Numbered from the stretch's first letter, positions 33,162 through 44,019 are shown. The stretch is DNA of 64,000 bases from a virus (IMGVR_UViG_3300014043_000277), one strand, 5' to 3'. A program made the numbers and translations. Notes: generated by a model not told the origin, from the letters alone.

Positions 33162-34235
33162 TTATTTATCATTTCTAACGGCATTATATTCAACAATGTT
33201 ATCAAAAGTCCTGATTTCATCAAATGCAGGTTCAAGTGAATCGGATGATGGCTTCCACCATGCAATCAATGGCTGCAATCCATCATGACCACGATTATCC
33301 TTGTTTTTGCATGCTTTGCAATCATTTGAGCATGACATTGGAATGACTTGTTTCAAACCATCCATCTGCCATGTGTTCCATGAAACCGCTGAATACAATT
33401 CACGGACATATGTAATCGATGGTTTCTTTTTGAATAATTCCTCATGCCATTCAATGATATCATTCACAATGTTCATTCTTGCGATGAGCAGGTTATCGCC
33501 TTGCCATTCATAAGCATAAGTTGCTTTCAATACAATCATTGCCAGCATCCGCCAGATTTCAGGTTTCAGCCATTCCTTGTTTTCGCTTATTACGCGCAGT
33601 TTCCTGTCCAATAATCCTGACCGCATGAAACCATTGTTTTCATCATATACTGGAATGATTTCACCGGATGTCGTGTCATAACGCTGAGCGACATATGGCG
33701 CTTCCCCGCAGGTGATTTCCATTCGTTTTGATAGGATGAATCTTATGCGTTCATTATCATCATTGAATGGCACTGGTTTCATGTTCGGAATCCATGATGT
33801 TCCATCAACATGTCCGAACACATGTTCTTGTCCGAGAATCCTATCATCCGCGAGATCATTCTGATATGAGCACACCCATGATGGCGTGAAAACCTCGGCT
33901 TTTGTTTTCGTCCGCGATTTCCGCGCTTCCTTGCTTTTCATGACACGGGTTTCAATATTAGTCAAATCATTGATTGTAATGGCATCATTGAACGCATTCC
34001 CATCATCATTCCCTGTCGCCCATATGATTGGTTTCACGGTTATAATCGGTTTGATTTCAGGTGATTGCATGATGCCATTATCATCCTCATCATCGAATAA
34101 TCCTTCTGCTTTCACATAATCATTCATTTCATGCCATGATTTCATGTAATCATCATGATTACCAAGAACATGCGTTGATAATAATGATTCAAGGCATTTC
34201 TTATCGTCAGGCCATTTCATAATAGTGTCAGTCAT
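33162..34235 (-). CDS. Restriction-modification methyltransferase-like subunit (SAM-binding half)
   Basis: AEVFTPSW, EITCGEAP, YEWQGDNLLIAR, WNTWQMDG. Confidence 0.75.
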   Translation of the reverse strand: MTDTIMKWPDDKKCLESLLSTHVLGNHDDYMKSWHEMNDYVKAEGLFDDEDDNGIMQSPEIKPIITVKPIIWATGNDDGNAFNDAITINDLTNIETRVMKSKEARKSRTKTKAEVFTPSWVCSYQNDLADDRILGQEHVFGHVDGTSWIPNMKPVPFNDDNERIRFILSKRMEITCGEAPYVAQRYDTTSGEIIPVYDENNGFMRSGLLDRKLRVISENKEWLKPEIWRMLAMIVLKATYAYEWQGDNLLIARMNIVNDIIEWHEELFKKKPSITYVRELYSAVSWNTWQMDGLKQVIPMSCSNDCKACKNKDNRGHDGLQPLIAWWKPSSDSLEPAFDEIRTFDNIVEYNAVRNDK

Positions 34236-34272
34236 ATGTTAATCCAATCTTTCCATGCTGAAACGCATACTG

Positions 34273-35433
34273 TTATTTTTGTTCTCTGTGGATGAGCGCG
34301 CGTTTCCATTCCGCCATCATCTGAGGTCCGCGATACATGAATGCAGTGATTCCAGATACAAGATCGGCTCCCTCATCAAGTTTGCGCAAAGCGTCATCCG
34401 GCGTTATCGTTCCACCGATTCCATTGATGACGAACCTGTCATCATAGTTTTTACGAACGAGTTTTATCGCGTTTTCATTGCATTCCTGTGTCGGCAGTCC
34501 GGAAATGTTACCGAGCCAATCATCAGGTATTTGCAATCCTGTCCTATCCCTGCGCAGATTGCATACACTGACTCCATTGATGAATGCATGTGCTGCGAGA
34601 ACATCAAGTATCGGAATGAGTTCATTCGCGTTCATGAAACTTGGACATTTCACCATGACGGGTTTATTGATTTGCCTTTTAGCGATTTCGTCCATGAGTG
34701 TGTTCACATTGTGCGCATCAGTGAACGGTTCACCGAATTGTAGGTTCGGGCATGAAATGTTGATTTCAATCCCATTGAAACCAACATCTGTGTTAATGAC
34801 ATCAAATGCTTTCAGATAATCATCAATCATTCCATCCAATTGATTCTCATATTGTTTATTTGACGGTCCAACGCTTCCGAATAGCAGCATTCCATGTTTG
34901 CGTTTAGCGGATGATGCGCGTTTCGCGACTATTTCCGCGCCTTCGCTGGGAAGTCCGGCATGAACCATGAGAGCGGTTTGTTCAGGCAGACGATGATACC
35001 ATGGACGCGGATTTCCTTTTGAATAGGTTCCTGTCATTGTTCCCACTGTTTCAAATCCCCATCCTGCTGAATCCAGGCATGTGGTGAGATTGCCTGTTTT
35101 ATCCAATCCGGCTGAAAGTCCGAATGGATTCATAAAATGCAATCCCATGATGTCACGTTCCAATGAACCTGATTCCACTTCCGTGAACAAATGCAATAAT
35201 CCCATTAAACCGGGGATTTTCTCAGCGACTTTACAGAATGAAACCATTTGCTCATGCAGTTTATCAGGTTCAGTATGGAAAACATATGGTTTCACAAGAT
35301 GCATGTATGTCCATCCCATGAGACCAATGCCAGCATTATGAATCACCGGTTTCCTTTCAGTGTTTGTATTATCAGTTGTTGTCATGTCATCAATGATATC
35401 ATCTGCGGAATGGTTTCGGTTCATTGGAACCAT
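34273..35433 (-). CDS. pyrD: Quinone-dependent dihydroorotate dehydrogenase (start uncertain)
   Basis: NPFGLSAGLDK, GNPRP, EINISCPN, GNISG, GIGG. Confidence 0.92.
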   Translation of the reverse strand: MVPMNRNHSADDIIDDMTTTDNTNTERKPVIHNAGIGLMGWTYMHLVKPYVFHTEPDKLHEQMVSFCKVAEKIPGLMGLLHLFTEVESGSLERDIMGLHFMNPFGLSAGLDKTGNLTTCLDSAGWGFETVGTMTGTYSKGNPRPWYHRLPEQTALMVHAGLPSEGAEIVAKRASSAKRKHGMLLFGSVGPSNKQYENQLDGMIDDYLKAFDVINTDVGFNGIEINISCPNLQFGEPFTDAHNVNTLMDEIAKRQINKPVMVKCPSFMNANELIPILDVLAAHAFINGVSVCNLRRDRTGLQIPDDWLGNISGLPTQECNENAIKLVRKNYDDRFVINGIGGTITPDDALRKLDEGADLVSGITAFMYRGPQMMAEWKRALIHREQK

Positions 35434-36565
35434 ATCGGATTGGTTGTTGAACCGGATTATTCATGTTTGATGCTTGCGTTGGATTCATTTGGAATTGCCT
35501 GTATTGTTGTATTTGAGGTTGATTATTCTGTTGTAATGGTGTTTCCATTCTGTCAGCGACGCTCAAACCATAATCATTTCGAATGACGGCTCCCATTCCT
35601 TTAAGCGTGTTGATGCGTTCTTCCAATGGCGGATGCGTCGCGTTCAATGATTTCAAGCCTTTTATTCGCGGAATCCAGAATGCGAGCTGGCCTGCTTTCT
35701 GATTGAATGATTGTGCGGCGTCCGGATTGATGCTACCATCATCCATTGCGAGCTTATTCAATGCGTTCGCGAGAGCTGATGGATTTCGGGTGTAATCAAC
35801 TGACATCATGTCAGCATTGGATTCGCGTGTACGACTCATGTATAATTCTGTGATTTTCGCAAGTATCGGCGCGATGAGAAGGAACAGGAATGCGATTATG
35901 ATTATGATCAACGCGATGGGATTTGAACCGGAATTTGAATCATTGTCTTTTTTCTGTGAACGATGCGAACCATAACCATTCCCTGTTAAACGCAATGCCA
36001 TTCCTGATATCGCTGCGGTGAATGCAGTCAATGCCACCAGTGTTGTCATTGCCTCACTGTCGCCGGATGCGATATGTCCTATTTCGTGTCCGACAACACC
36101 TTGTAATTCCTCGCGTGTCATCATGTTCAACAGTCTGTCCGTGATTATTATCCGGTTCCGTTCTTTATCGGATACGGCATAAGCATTGGATATCGGACTG
36201 TTCAACACTATCCATACTTCCGGCATTTTCACTTTCGCCGCGATTGCCATTTCCTGAACGACATCATATACAATGCCGTTATTCACGCGAATCATATTGC
36301 CATCAACGGCCCCCATGAGGGTTTTGCTTGCGCCTTTTTTGATTTTCATTGTTATCAATGCGGATAATACGAATGATATGATTCCGGTGATGGCAATGAA
36401 AACCGCTATTTCGCCATTACTTGAATTCACCACCATGAACAACACGATGAGAGCCGCTTCTATTGTCAATGCGAGAACCATGAAATTCATGAACCATGCT
36501 ATTGCAATCGCTTTTTTAAGATTCGCTATTTCCTGTCTGAAATCAGATGATGCCATTGTTCTCAT
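35399..36565 (-). CDS. htpX: M48 zinc metalloprotease HtpX
   Basis: HEIGH zinc motif, NAYA, SRTRE..AD, ATHPPLEERI; TM helices. Confidence 0.9.
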   Translation of the reverse strand: MRTMASSDFRQEIANLKKAIAIAWFMNFMVLALTIEAALIVLFMVVNSSNGEIAVFIAITGIISFVLSALITMKIKKGASKTLMGAVDGNMIRVNNGIVYDVVQEMAIAAKVKMPEVWIVLNSPISNAYAVSDKERNRIIITDRLLNMMTREELQGVVGHEIGHIASGDSEAMTTLVALTAFTAAISGMALRLTGNGYGSHRSQKKDNDSNSGSNPIALIIIIIAFLFLLIAPILAKITELYMSRTRESNADMMSVDYTRNPSALANALNKLAMDDGSINPDAAQSFNQKAGQLAFWIPRIKGLKSLNATHPPLEERINTLKGMGAVIRNDYGLSVADRMETPLQQNNQPQIQQYRQFQMNPTQASNMNNPVQQPIRYGSNEPKPFRR

Positions 36566-36663
36566 TGCCTTTCATTCAACATTATGGAAAACCGGATGAG
36601 GGATGCTGTTCTCATAAGTGTTATCCCATCATCCGGTTCATAATATTTTTGATTAAAATTATG

Positions 36664-37227
36664 TCAGAATGACACTTTCGGTGCTGTGCGCGCTTCTTCA
36701 TTGTCAATTTCAAACATGTCGCCTTCATGGAAATTCAATGTGTTCGCTATTATTGAACTTGGGAACATTTGAATCGCGGTGTTATATGAACTGGTTGACT
36801 TGTTATATGTTTGACGGGCGAATGCAAGCTGGTTCTCGGTTGTTGTCAATTCCTCCTGCAAGGCAAGGTAATTCTGGTTCGCCTGTAATTGCGGATATGC
36901 TTCCGTCAATGCGTTCACGGCGACGGTCAATGCCTTGTCCGCGTTCGCTGCTTCTTTCACATTGCCTGATTTCAATGCGTTCATGCCTGCATTGCGAGCA
37001 TTGATGACGGCAGCGAGAGTGCTGGATTCATGTTTCGCGTAACCTTTCACTGTTTCAACGAGGTTCGGAATGAGATCGAACCTGCGTTGCATTTGAACAT
37101 CAATGTTGCTCCAATCTTCCTTGCATTGTTGTTTTAAACGGACGAGATTGTTCTGGACTCCGACAACCCATGCTATACCGCCTATGATAAGCGCAAGAAT
37201 TATTACGAGAACTATTATGATAGCCAT
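36664..37227 (-). CDS. lemA: LemA family protein
   Basis: WSNIDVQMQRRFDLIPNLVETVKGYAKHE, EAYPQL. Confidence 0.93.
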   Translation of the reverse strand: MAIIIVLVIILALIIGGIAWVVGVQNNLVRLKQQCKEDWSNIDVQMQRRFDLIPNLVETVKGYAKHESSTLAAVINARNAGMNALKSGNVKEAANADKALTVAVNALTEAYPQLQANQNYLALQEELTTTENQLAFARQTYNKSTSSYNTAIQMFPSSIIANTLNFHEGDMFEIDNEEARTAPKVSF

Positions 37228-37271
37228 TTTATTTTCTGTCCTTTCAAAATATCCAATTGCTATCTGAAATA

Positions 37272-37898
37272 TCATTTCATGTTCGCAATGAGTGAATGCA
37301 GGCTCAAATCATGATTCCAATCATATGATGCGAGGTCATTAAGATAATTGCGTTTCAATTCACCTGATTGCTTATATATAGTGTAATTGAACGATTCATG
37401 AGTTATAGTGTAATTGAATGATTTATGAGTGAACGATGGCGCAAGATTTGCCGCTTCCCGTTTCGGGTCCTCCAATCGTGCGCATTGCCTGCATATCGGC
37501 TGAATCCATTCGTCATTTGCTATGTTTTGAATGTTGCCGCATTTGATGCATGCATGATATGCAATGATTTCATAAACGGATGCGACAGCGGACATGGCAT
37601 CAGTCATTCCATCGGCATAGAATCTTAATGAACCGAATTTTTCCTTGATTTGAACAAGTTTGAATTTTGAATCAAATGAATGATCCTCATCGTTTTCATC
37701 AGGTGGAATATAAGTGTTCTTTTTTGCGATTTCCATGTCATTGATGAGTTCAGCGCCGAATGCTATCGCCCATCCTGCATCCAATCCGCATATTGTCGCG
37801 TCAATCCAATCATAATCATCCATGAGAGATTCATACACATCGCACATGTTCCCGTTATGCTCATGAATGAGTTTTCGCAAATCAGTTGTTCTAATCAT
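37272..37898 (-). CDS. Conserved phage/MGE-type hypothetical protein
   Basis: QIKEKFGSLRFY motif and CxxC..CxxC; leaderless-type -10 upstream. Confidence 0.75.
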   Translation of the reverse strand: MIRTTDLRKLIHEHNGNMCDVYESLMDDYDWIDATICGLDAGWAIAFGAELINDMEIAKKNTYIPPDENDEDHSFDSKFKLVQIKEKFGSLRFYADGMTDAMSAVASVYEIIAYHACIKCGNIQNIANDEWIQPICRQCARLEDPKREAANLAPSFTHKSFNYTITHESFNYTIYKQSGELKRNYLNDLASYDWNHDLSLHSLIANMK

Positions 37899-38081
37899 GC
37901 ATTCAATGATAGCATATGAGTATATATACAATAAGAACAGGCATGAAATTGATGATGGATTCAATTTCATGCCTGTGAATGATTCTAACGCGGGTCTGAC
38001 GCGCTTAAACAATAATCATGAATAAGGTTTCATATTCATGTGTTCATGCCGTTTCATGTGTTCATGCCGTCAGAACGGCGT

Positions 38082-38471
38082 TCAGATGGCACAGCGCGGG
38101 TCTTTTTCAACGACGCATTTCTGATTGACGAGATTCTGAACTTCATCATAGCGATCACCGAGCAGTTTCCTGCGTTCCTCGCCGGTCGCGTATTTGCCTT
38201 CAATGACTTCCTCGACTATCACGTTGATGTCACGGCTGTCCCGTCCCTGTGCGTCCAGAACCGGCTTATCTGATTTCGATGCCGTGTCATTACCGGGTGC
38301 CTTGTCAGTGCTTTTCTTCTGATAACGGTATTGGCTGTCAGGATTGAACACATCCGTAGCGCCGGGCTGATCAGTTTCATTGCCTATCATTGACGGCGCT
38401 GAGCATGATGCCAATGAAACCAGCATTAATGTGCTGATTGCGATTACAATGATTTTCTTTAATGTTTTCAT
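38082..38471 (-). CDS. Lipoprotein with a Cpl-7 (CW_7) cell-wall-binding repeat
   Basis: Lipobox LASC; VEEVIEGKYATGEERRKLLGDRYDEVQNLVNQ. Confidence 0.75.
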   Translation of the reverse strand: MKTLKKIIVIAISTLMLVSLASCSAPSMIGNETDQPGATDVFNPDSQYRYQKKSTDKAPGNDTASKSDKPVLDAQGRDSRDINVIVEEVIEGKYATGEERRKLLGDRYDEVQNLVNQKCVVEKDPRCAI

Positions 38472-38489
38472 GTAATCATTAATATCTCA

Positions 38490-39197
38490 TTAATATCCTA
38501 TGTGCGAACCATGATCCAATGGTTCAAGCAAATAACCGGTTCTTCTGTTCGAATCATGAATCCATGCAAGCATTTCATCATATTGCGGACGGCTGATTCC
38601 AATACGGTCATCAGGTCGAATGAACAGGCATGATGCGGGTGTCGCGGTTTCAATAATGCTGATTGTCCAGTTCAACACCATTTCATCATCAATCCAGATT
38701 ATCGGTGTGAGATACGGAATGAGTTCGTCATCCGGTAATCCGGGATGAGCATGTCTCGCGTTCATGTAATCGTTTCGTGCGAAAGATTCCAACCAGTCGA
38801 TTTTATGCGTTTGATTCGGTATAAGATTAGTGTCATACCATTCAGCGGTGCCGACATTCCGAAAACCGAGAACCCTATTCAGCGTATCGGTGTACGGTTG
38901 CCATGTTGACAGCCATGTGCAGTCAATGGAACCATTTGAAACCAATGATGAAATGTTGCAGGCGAGTTCCATGGAATAATGAATTCGCAGTTTCATAAGT
39001 TCCATGTCTGATGGTCGCATGATTTCAATGCGTTCATTGCCATCCAATGCGAATGCGTTCGATGCGTCATACACTGGTTTGCGCGGATCATTGTCTTTCA
39101 TCCAATCAGTATGTCCGATGCCGCCACGCCTTAATACTTTCTCCTCCGGGAAAGCATTCAAAACGCCATCAAAATCAATGAAAACATGTGGTTTCAT
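38490..39197 (-). CDS. HAD-superfamily domain protein (Swiss-army-knife type)
   Basis: FIDFDGVLN, WLSTW, WIDD. Confidence 0.8.
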   Translation of the reverse strand: MKPHVFIDFDGVLNAFPEEKVLRRGGIGHTDWMKDNDPRKPVYDASNAFALDGNERIEIMRPSDMELMKLRIHYSMELACNISSLVSNGSIDCTWLSTWQPYTDTLNRVLGFRNVGTAEWYDTNLIPNQTHKIDWLESFARNDYMNARHAHPGLPDDELIPYLTPIIWIDDEMVLNWTISIIETATPASCLFIRPDDRIGISRPQYDEMLAWIHDSNRRTGYLLEPLDHGSHIGY

Positions 39198-39302
39198 ACT
39201 ATTCCTTTCAATAAATCAGTATTCGTATGCGCGTTCGCGCGGTTTCATTATCCTGCGTTGTTCCGCATTGTTCATCGTGCTATATTTTTCATATGGATTC
39301 TG

Positions 39303-40112
39303 TTATTCATTATCATCAAATAATGAACTTGAAACCGGTTCCAAATCATTCGCATCGGTTCTCGTGGCGTATTTGTTCACATCCTTGCGAGCAACGCTGT
39401 TCGGCACCGTGTCATGTCGCCATTCCGTTCCGGTGCATACGAATTTGACTCCATGCTGTTCGCATTCGTTCTCAACGCCACGGCTGACGGATTCAGCGGC
39501 AAGAATCAAATGCGGTTTATCAAACATCGACAGCGAATAATCGCCTGATGGTATCTGATCAAGAATGCCATGCTTACGTTCAACGGCGGCTTTCATGACG
39601 GCATCCCTGTATCGTAATACCTGATACACATCCTTTTTCACGGCCTTGCGTTTCACCTCAATGAGAACAGCGCGTTTATGAACCGTGTCATAACCGAGTA
39701 GATCACATGAACCGTCACCGGTTTGGAATTCACGCATGATGTAAACATTGGATTCACCGAAAACCTCATGGAAATGCCTTGACAGCCATTCCTGCTGCTG
39801 GCGTTCCGTTCCGACATTATTGAAATCAGCATCATCAGGGATTTTCGGCATGCGAACATCAACAACCATGTTGTAATTGATTATCATGAGCTGTTCCTTT
39901 TTGGATTTAGCAAGAATCACATGCCTTTCACCGTCATCATATTCATCAAATGAAACCACTGAACCCATGTAATTAGTAGGTTTCACACCGGTTGTCCTAT
40001 GGATTATGACAGTTCCATCATCCTTAATGAGAATAAGCCTGATTCCACGGGCAAGTTCAGTATGTCCGCGTCCATCATAAATAACCTCACAATCAGATTG
40101 TATTATCCTCAT
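39303..40112 (-). CDS. nucS: NucS/EndoMS-like mismatch endonuclease
   Basis: MRIIQSDCEVIYDGR..RLILIKDDGTVIIH..KPTNYM N-domain; REFQT..DLLG..IEVKR..Q..RY nuclease domain. Confidence 0.85.
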   Translation of the reverse strand: MRIIQSDCEVIYDGRGHTELARGIRLILIKDDGTVIIHRTTGVKPTNYMGSVVSFDEYDDGERHVILAKSKKEQLMIINYNMVVDVRMPKIPDDADFNNVGTERQQQEWLSRHFHEVFGESNVYIMREFQTGDGSCDLLGYDTVHKRAVLIEVKRKAVKKDVYQVLRYRDAVMKAAVERKHGILDQIPSGDYSLSMFDKPHLILAAESVSRGVENECEQHGVKFVCTGTEWRHDTVPNSVARKDVNKYATRTDANDLEPVSSSLFDDNE

Positions 40113-40677
40113 GATTACAATGATATCAGAATATTTGTATTTATTGCATCCGCATGATATACTGGTAATCATAAGTGAGAACATTATTATTAAAAATTTT
40201 GATGAATTGCGTTTCGCTGGTTCGGGAACGATTCGCGGCATCCACATGCTGTTGAATGCATGCGATGATGATTTCACGCCGCGCCTGTCCACGCGGCATG
40301 ACTGCCATCATGCTGATTTCAATGATGACACTGGAAACATGACTGAATTCATGTATTCATTGATGCGCGAACATGCCATGATAGCATTCGTGAACGGTAA
40401 TGTCGCGGCATTCGCGGCGTATGATGACATGGATGATTGCTCATATCTTGCGTTGATTCTCACGGGACATGAGTATCGCGGTTTGAAACTGGCATCCAGA
40501 TTATATGACGCCATTGAATCCAATGCTTTCAATAACACTGTGAAATTGCGGATAAGCAGCGGGAATGAAACGCAGAAGGCAATATTGGATAAACGCGGTT
40601 ATGAACAATATGATGTTCATGAGAATCATCGTGGCGATGGATTGCACACGTTGTTTTATGTGAAACATGTTGAATGA
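40111..40677 (+). CDS. GNAT acetyltransferase (true start likely downstream)
   Basis: EYRGLKLASRL and N..QKAILDKRGY acetyl-CoA motifs. Confidence 0.7.
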   Translation: MITMISEYLYLLHPHDILVIISENIIIKNFDELRFAGSGTIRGIHMLLNACDDDFTPRLSTRHDCHHADFNDDTGNMTEFMYSLMREHAMIAFVNGNVAAFAAYDDMDDCSYLALILTGHEYRGLKLASRLYDAIESNAFNNTVKLRISSGNETQKAILDKRGYEQYDVHENHRGDGLHTLFYVKHVE

Positions 40678-40750
40678 TAATCGCGCGCCGATTGGACATT
40701 ATCCTGTATTCATGTTATCATGGTTCCATCAAACAAAGAACGAATGAAAG

Positions 40751-41248
40751 GTGAAACTGATAATAATGCGTAAGGCTCCGATGACTGATAAGGTTGAAAT
40801 CGCCGGTTCGTCGCCCGTGTGGGCGAATAATGAAAATAAGGAACTGGAAAATCGAGTCATCAAACTATCCAAACAGGAACGTAAATACCTGGGTTATGCA
40901 ATCACCGCCGCTAACATGTCCACTTGCAAAACACGTCATGGCGCGGTACTGGTTAAGAATGGCAACGTGCTTGCAATTGGCGTGAACGCATTGAAGAACG
41001 ATCCTCATATTGTCGGCCCGGACAAACCGAATGTCCTTGCGCCATCCGTTGATGTTAAGGACATGATGTCTGTCCATGCCGAGGAATCCGTCATCCGAGC
41101 GAACTCGGAAGAAGCCGATAACGCGGTTGTTTACATTGCACGCCTTGCTGCCGATGGTGAAATCGCATTGAGCAAACCATGCGAGGCATGTCAGAGAATG
41201 CTGAAAAAATATGGAGTGAAAAAAGCAATCTGGACAATCGCGGAATAA
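40751..41248 (+). CDS. Cytidine/dCMP deaminase-family protein (start uncertain)
   Basis: HGAVLVK, HAE, KPCEAC. Confidence 0.88.
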   Translation: MKLIIMRKAPMTDKVEIAGSSPVWANNENKELENRVIKLSKQERKYLGYAITAANMSTCKTRHGAVLVKNGNVLAIGVNALKNDPHIVGPDKPNVLAPSVDVKDMMSVHAEESVIRANSEEADNAVVYIARLAADGEIALSKPCEACQRMLKKYGVKKAIWTIAE

Positions 41249-41253
41249 AAATG

Positions 41254-41292
41254 GAAAACGGATAGGAAATGATTCTTTTCCTATCCGTTTTC
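41254..41292. terminator. Bidirectional terminator between the deaminase and nrdG
   Basis: GAAAACGGATAGGAAA/TTTCCTATCCGTTTTC between convergent genes. Confidence 0.8.
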
Positions 41293-41314
41293 TTATTTCA
41301 TATTATGTGAAATA

Positions 41315-42100
41315 TCAGGATTCCGATCCCTCATGCTCATTCCGTTCATCAACGCCGATTTCGTCATAATCCAAATGCTCATCATGCAACGAATCCCAAA
41401 TGTGAACATTGTCGGCAGTGGAAGCATGGACATCAATTATGCGCTGGTTTGCCGAACCACGGAATTGCAGCATCGGATCTTTCAACGGCTGCATGAAACG
41501 TCCATCAACAAGAACATCCACCATTGATAATAATTCCAGTTTATCCGGTGTCTCACCATCACGATGCAGTTCCTCCCATGTGTAACCAGTCCAACACCAG
41601 ATTGTCTTATCATCACCATAGGTTTCACGTATGCGTCGAGCCAATGGAATGAGTATTGGTGTGTTCAGCATTGGTTCGCCACCGAGGAAGGTTATCCCAT
41701 CAACATAGGAATAATCCAAATCATTGATAATCCTATCCTCCAATTCCTGAGTGTATTCAAAACCTGTATGGAAATCAAAAATGGATGGTTGGAAACAGCC
41801 TTCACAACGGAACGGGCAACCGGACACATACAATGAGTTCCTGACTCCAATGCCGTCAACGACGCCGAACCGTTTGTAATCCGCAACCATATGCCGCGAC
41901 ATGACACGGCCATCCCATTGTCCCGCGCGTGGATTATTCGAACCCGCGTATGGAATATGCGGGCCACGGTTAATGACGGCATTATCATTGGATGCATTGT
42001 TGCCATTAGTGCCGGTTGCGCAGAAATCATGTTTCGGCTGTTTCTGCATTCGTTTGATTTCATCCTGTGTTTTCACATGAGTCCATTGCTGATAAGTCAT
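41315..42100 (-). CDS. nrdG: Anaerobic ribonucleotide reductase activase
   Basis: Radical SAM CPFRCEGC, GGEP, DGRF, FRGSANQR. Confidence 0.95.
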   Translation of the reverse strand: MTYQQWTHVKTQDEIKRMQKQPKHDFCATGTNGNNASNDNAVINRGPHIPYAGSNNPRAGQWDGRVMSRHMVADYKRFGVVDGIGVRNSLYVSGCPFRCEGCFQPSIFDFHTGFEYTQELEDRIINDLDYSYVDGITFLGGEPMLNTPILIPLARRIRETYGDDKTIWCWTGYTWEELHRDGETPDKLELLSMVDVLVDGRFMQPLKDPMLQFRGSANQRIIDVHASTADNVHIWDSLHDEHLDYDEIGVDERNEHEGSES

Positions 42101-42216
42101 GATTGGTTTTTCTTGTCCTTCCGAATATGTTGGTTATGTTGATTACAATGATATCAATGAGGGCATGGATGTCATTATTATGAATGTTATATAATTAAAT
42201 ACATTGCTATGATTAT

Positions 42217-44019
42217 TTATGATTTCATGATAGCATGACCGCAATCAAACATTGAAAAATAACCAATGTTATTATCCATTGCATGCGGGAGTTTCGTTTC
42301 AATCAATCGTATTGCTTCATTCTCATCATTAATATGTTCATTCATGCGTTCGTTAATGATGTCAACTGGGTTTCCCATTATCCAATCCGCATCCGTTTTA
42401 TAATTTGAAAACCATCTCATTGGATTAACATAATCAATGAAATGCAATCCTGCTTGTTCAAATGCATCAATGATTTCAAACCTGTTATCAACAAGAACAT
42501 TACAATTCGCATAATTATCACGAACATAATCAATCGCTTTAATAATAGTATTGCAATCAGGAACAGAATCTTTGAACGCGAATTCCAATGAAACACTATT
42601 ATTCTTTTCCATGCGAACATTGAAAACACATGAAATCATATCATCATAACCAATCGCATGAATGTCATCATGATGTATTCCAATGAATGAATTCAAACCA
42701 ATGAATTTCAGCATGTCATGTTCATCAGTATTTATGATGCTCATTTTGGAATTGCGTTCATTTCCTATTAATAATGATTTTAAATAGCGTTCCAATATAT
42801 AATGTTTGCCAAACATTATATTATCCAATGTAATCAGATTATATCCATTCTGTTTGCATTTAAGAAATTTATCCATGTGATAGTTGCATGGTTTTTCACT
42901 GCCAATCATGGTTTTGACTATCTGAAACCCTGAAATATTACTATTATGGGTGAATGACGGGCTGCATTCAATGCATACATTATGCTTATTATCGTCAATA
43001 ACAATGTCGATTTCATGACCGTCATTCATTATATGATAATCATGCATATGGTATTTCACATTCAATGCATCCAATATGTCCATTATTTTCTTCTCATACA
43101 TGGATGGTTTCGCATGGCCTGAATCAGATAAGGATTTCTGTATTTTATCCAATATTTCCGGCGATTTAGATGGATTATCGGTTCCATATTTCGCCATATA
43201 TGTTTTCGTTGCCTTGTCACGGGCGTCTTTCGACGTGAATGGCGTTTCTGAACCATATCTGTCGATGTTCGTTTTTCGTATTTTCCTTTTTATTGTTTCG
43301 TTCTTATTCGGATTTGTAACACCATAATTATTAATGAACGTATTTGTCTGCAATGATTTCATGTATTCAACCATCGCGTCATGGTATTCCTTTCCTCTGT
43401 CATTAGGGCGTGGTAAGCCATAGAAATATATAAGCTCATTTACATTTTGCGGTTTCAAATCATGATTTTTTGCTATCATGCTGGGAGACATGTTCTCATC
43501 CATGTATTCATGTTTCAAATCCTCATATGACATCCAATCCAATTTTTCAATAGTTGAATTACCGATGAATCGAATATTTTCGTTTGATAAAACTTGCATG
43601 ATAATGGCGCGTTCCGGCGATTTGCGGTTCCATCCATTCCGTTTCAGGAAAACCGTGTATTTTGTGTTATCATATGAATCCAATACTTTCTGTTTTATTT
43701 CTTCATATGATATTTGAGGCTGTTCAATGAATTGGCTTATTCCATATCCAATGCATGCGCGACTTATATCAACTGGTAGAACACTTATTTTATCTGCTGT
43801 TTCCTTCAGGTTTAAACCATTGTTTTTGCATGCAATGATGTCATCATATTTGCATTTGATGATATAATCAGGAGTTCCAGTGAACATCAGATTGTTCTGG
43901 GACATTATTTTTCTTACTTCCATACGTTCATAATGGTTATATCTATTCATTAAGATTTTATATGACATTTCTGTTTTATAAAACGCTTTTATTTCATTAG
44001 ACAATGATTCATTATCCAT
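42217..44019 (-). CDS. Putative free-standing homing-endonuclease-like protein (Hef/Vsr-like) between nrdD and nrdG
   Basis: YG..NP repeats and HEIDIVI..IEC..FTH..YH..K nuclease-like region; C-terminus related to 48622 and 55966. Confidence 0.6.
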   Translation of the reverse strand: MDNESLSNEIKAFYKTEMSYKILMNRYNHYERMEVRKIMSQNNLMFTGTPDYIIKCKYDDIIACKNNGLNLKETADKISVLPVDISRACIGYGISQFIEQPQISYEEIKQKVLDSYDNTKYTVFLKRNGWNRKSPERAIIMQVLSNENIRFIGNSTIEKLDWMSYEDLKHEYMDENMSPSMIAKNHDLKPQNVNELIYFYGLPRPNDRGKEYHDAMVEYMKSLQTNTFINNYGVTNPNKNETIKRKIRKTNIDRYGSETPFTSKDARDKATKTYMAKYGTDNPSKSPEILDKIQKSLSDSGHAKPSMYEKKIMDILDALNVKYHMHDYHIMNDGHEIDIVIDDNKHNVCIECSPSFTHNSNISGFQIVKTMIGSEKPCNYHMDKFLKCKQNGYNLITLDNIMFGKHYILERYLKSLLIGNERNSKMSIINTDEHDMLKFIGLNSFIGIHHDDIHAIGYDDMISCVFNVRMEKNNSVSLEFAFKDSVPDCNTIIKAIDYVRDNYANCNVLVDNRFEIIDAFEQAGLHFIDYVNPMRWFSNYKTDADWIMGNPVDIINERMNEHINDENEAIRLIETKLPHAMDNNIGYFSMFDCGHAIMKS

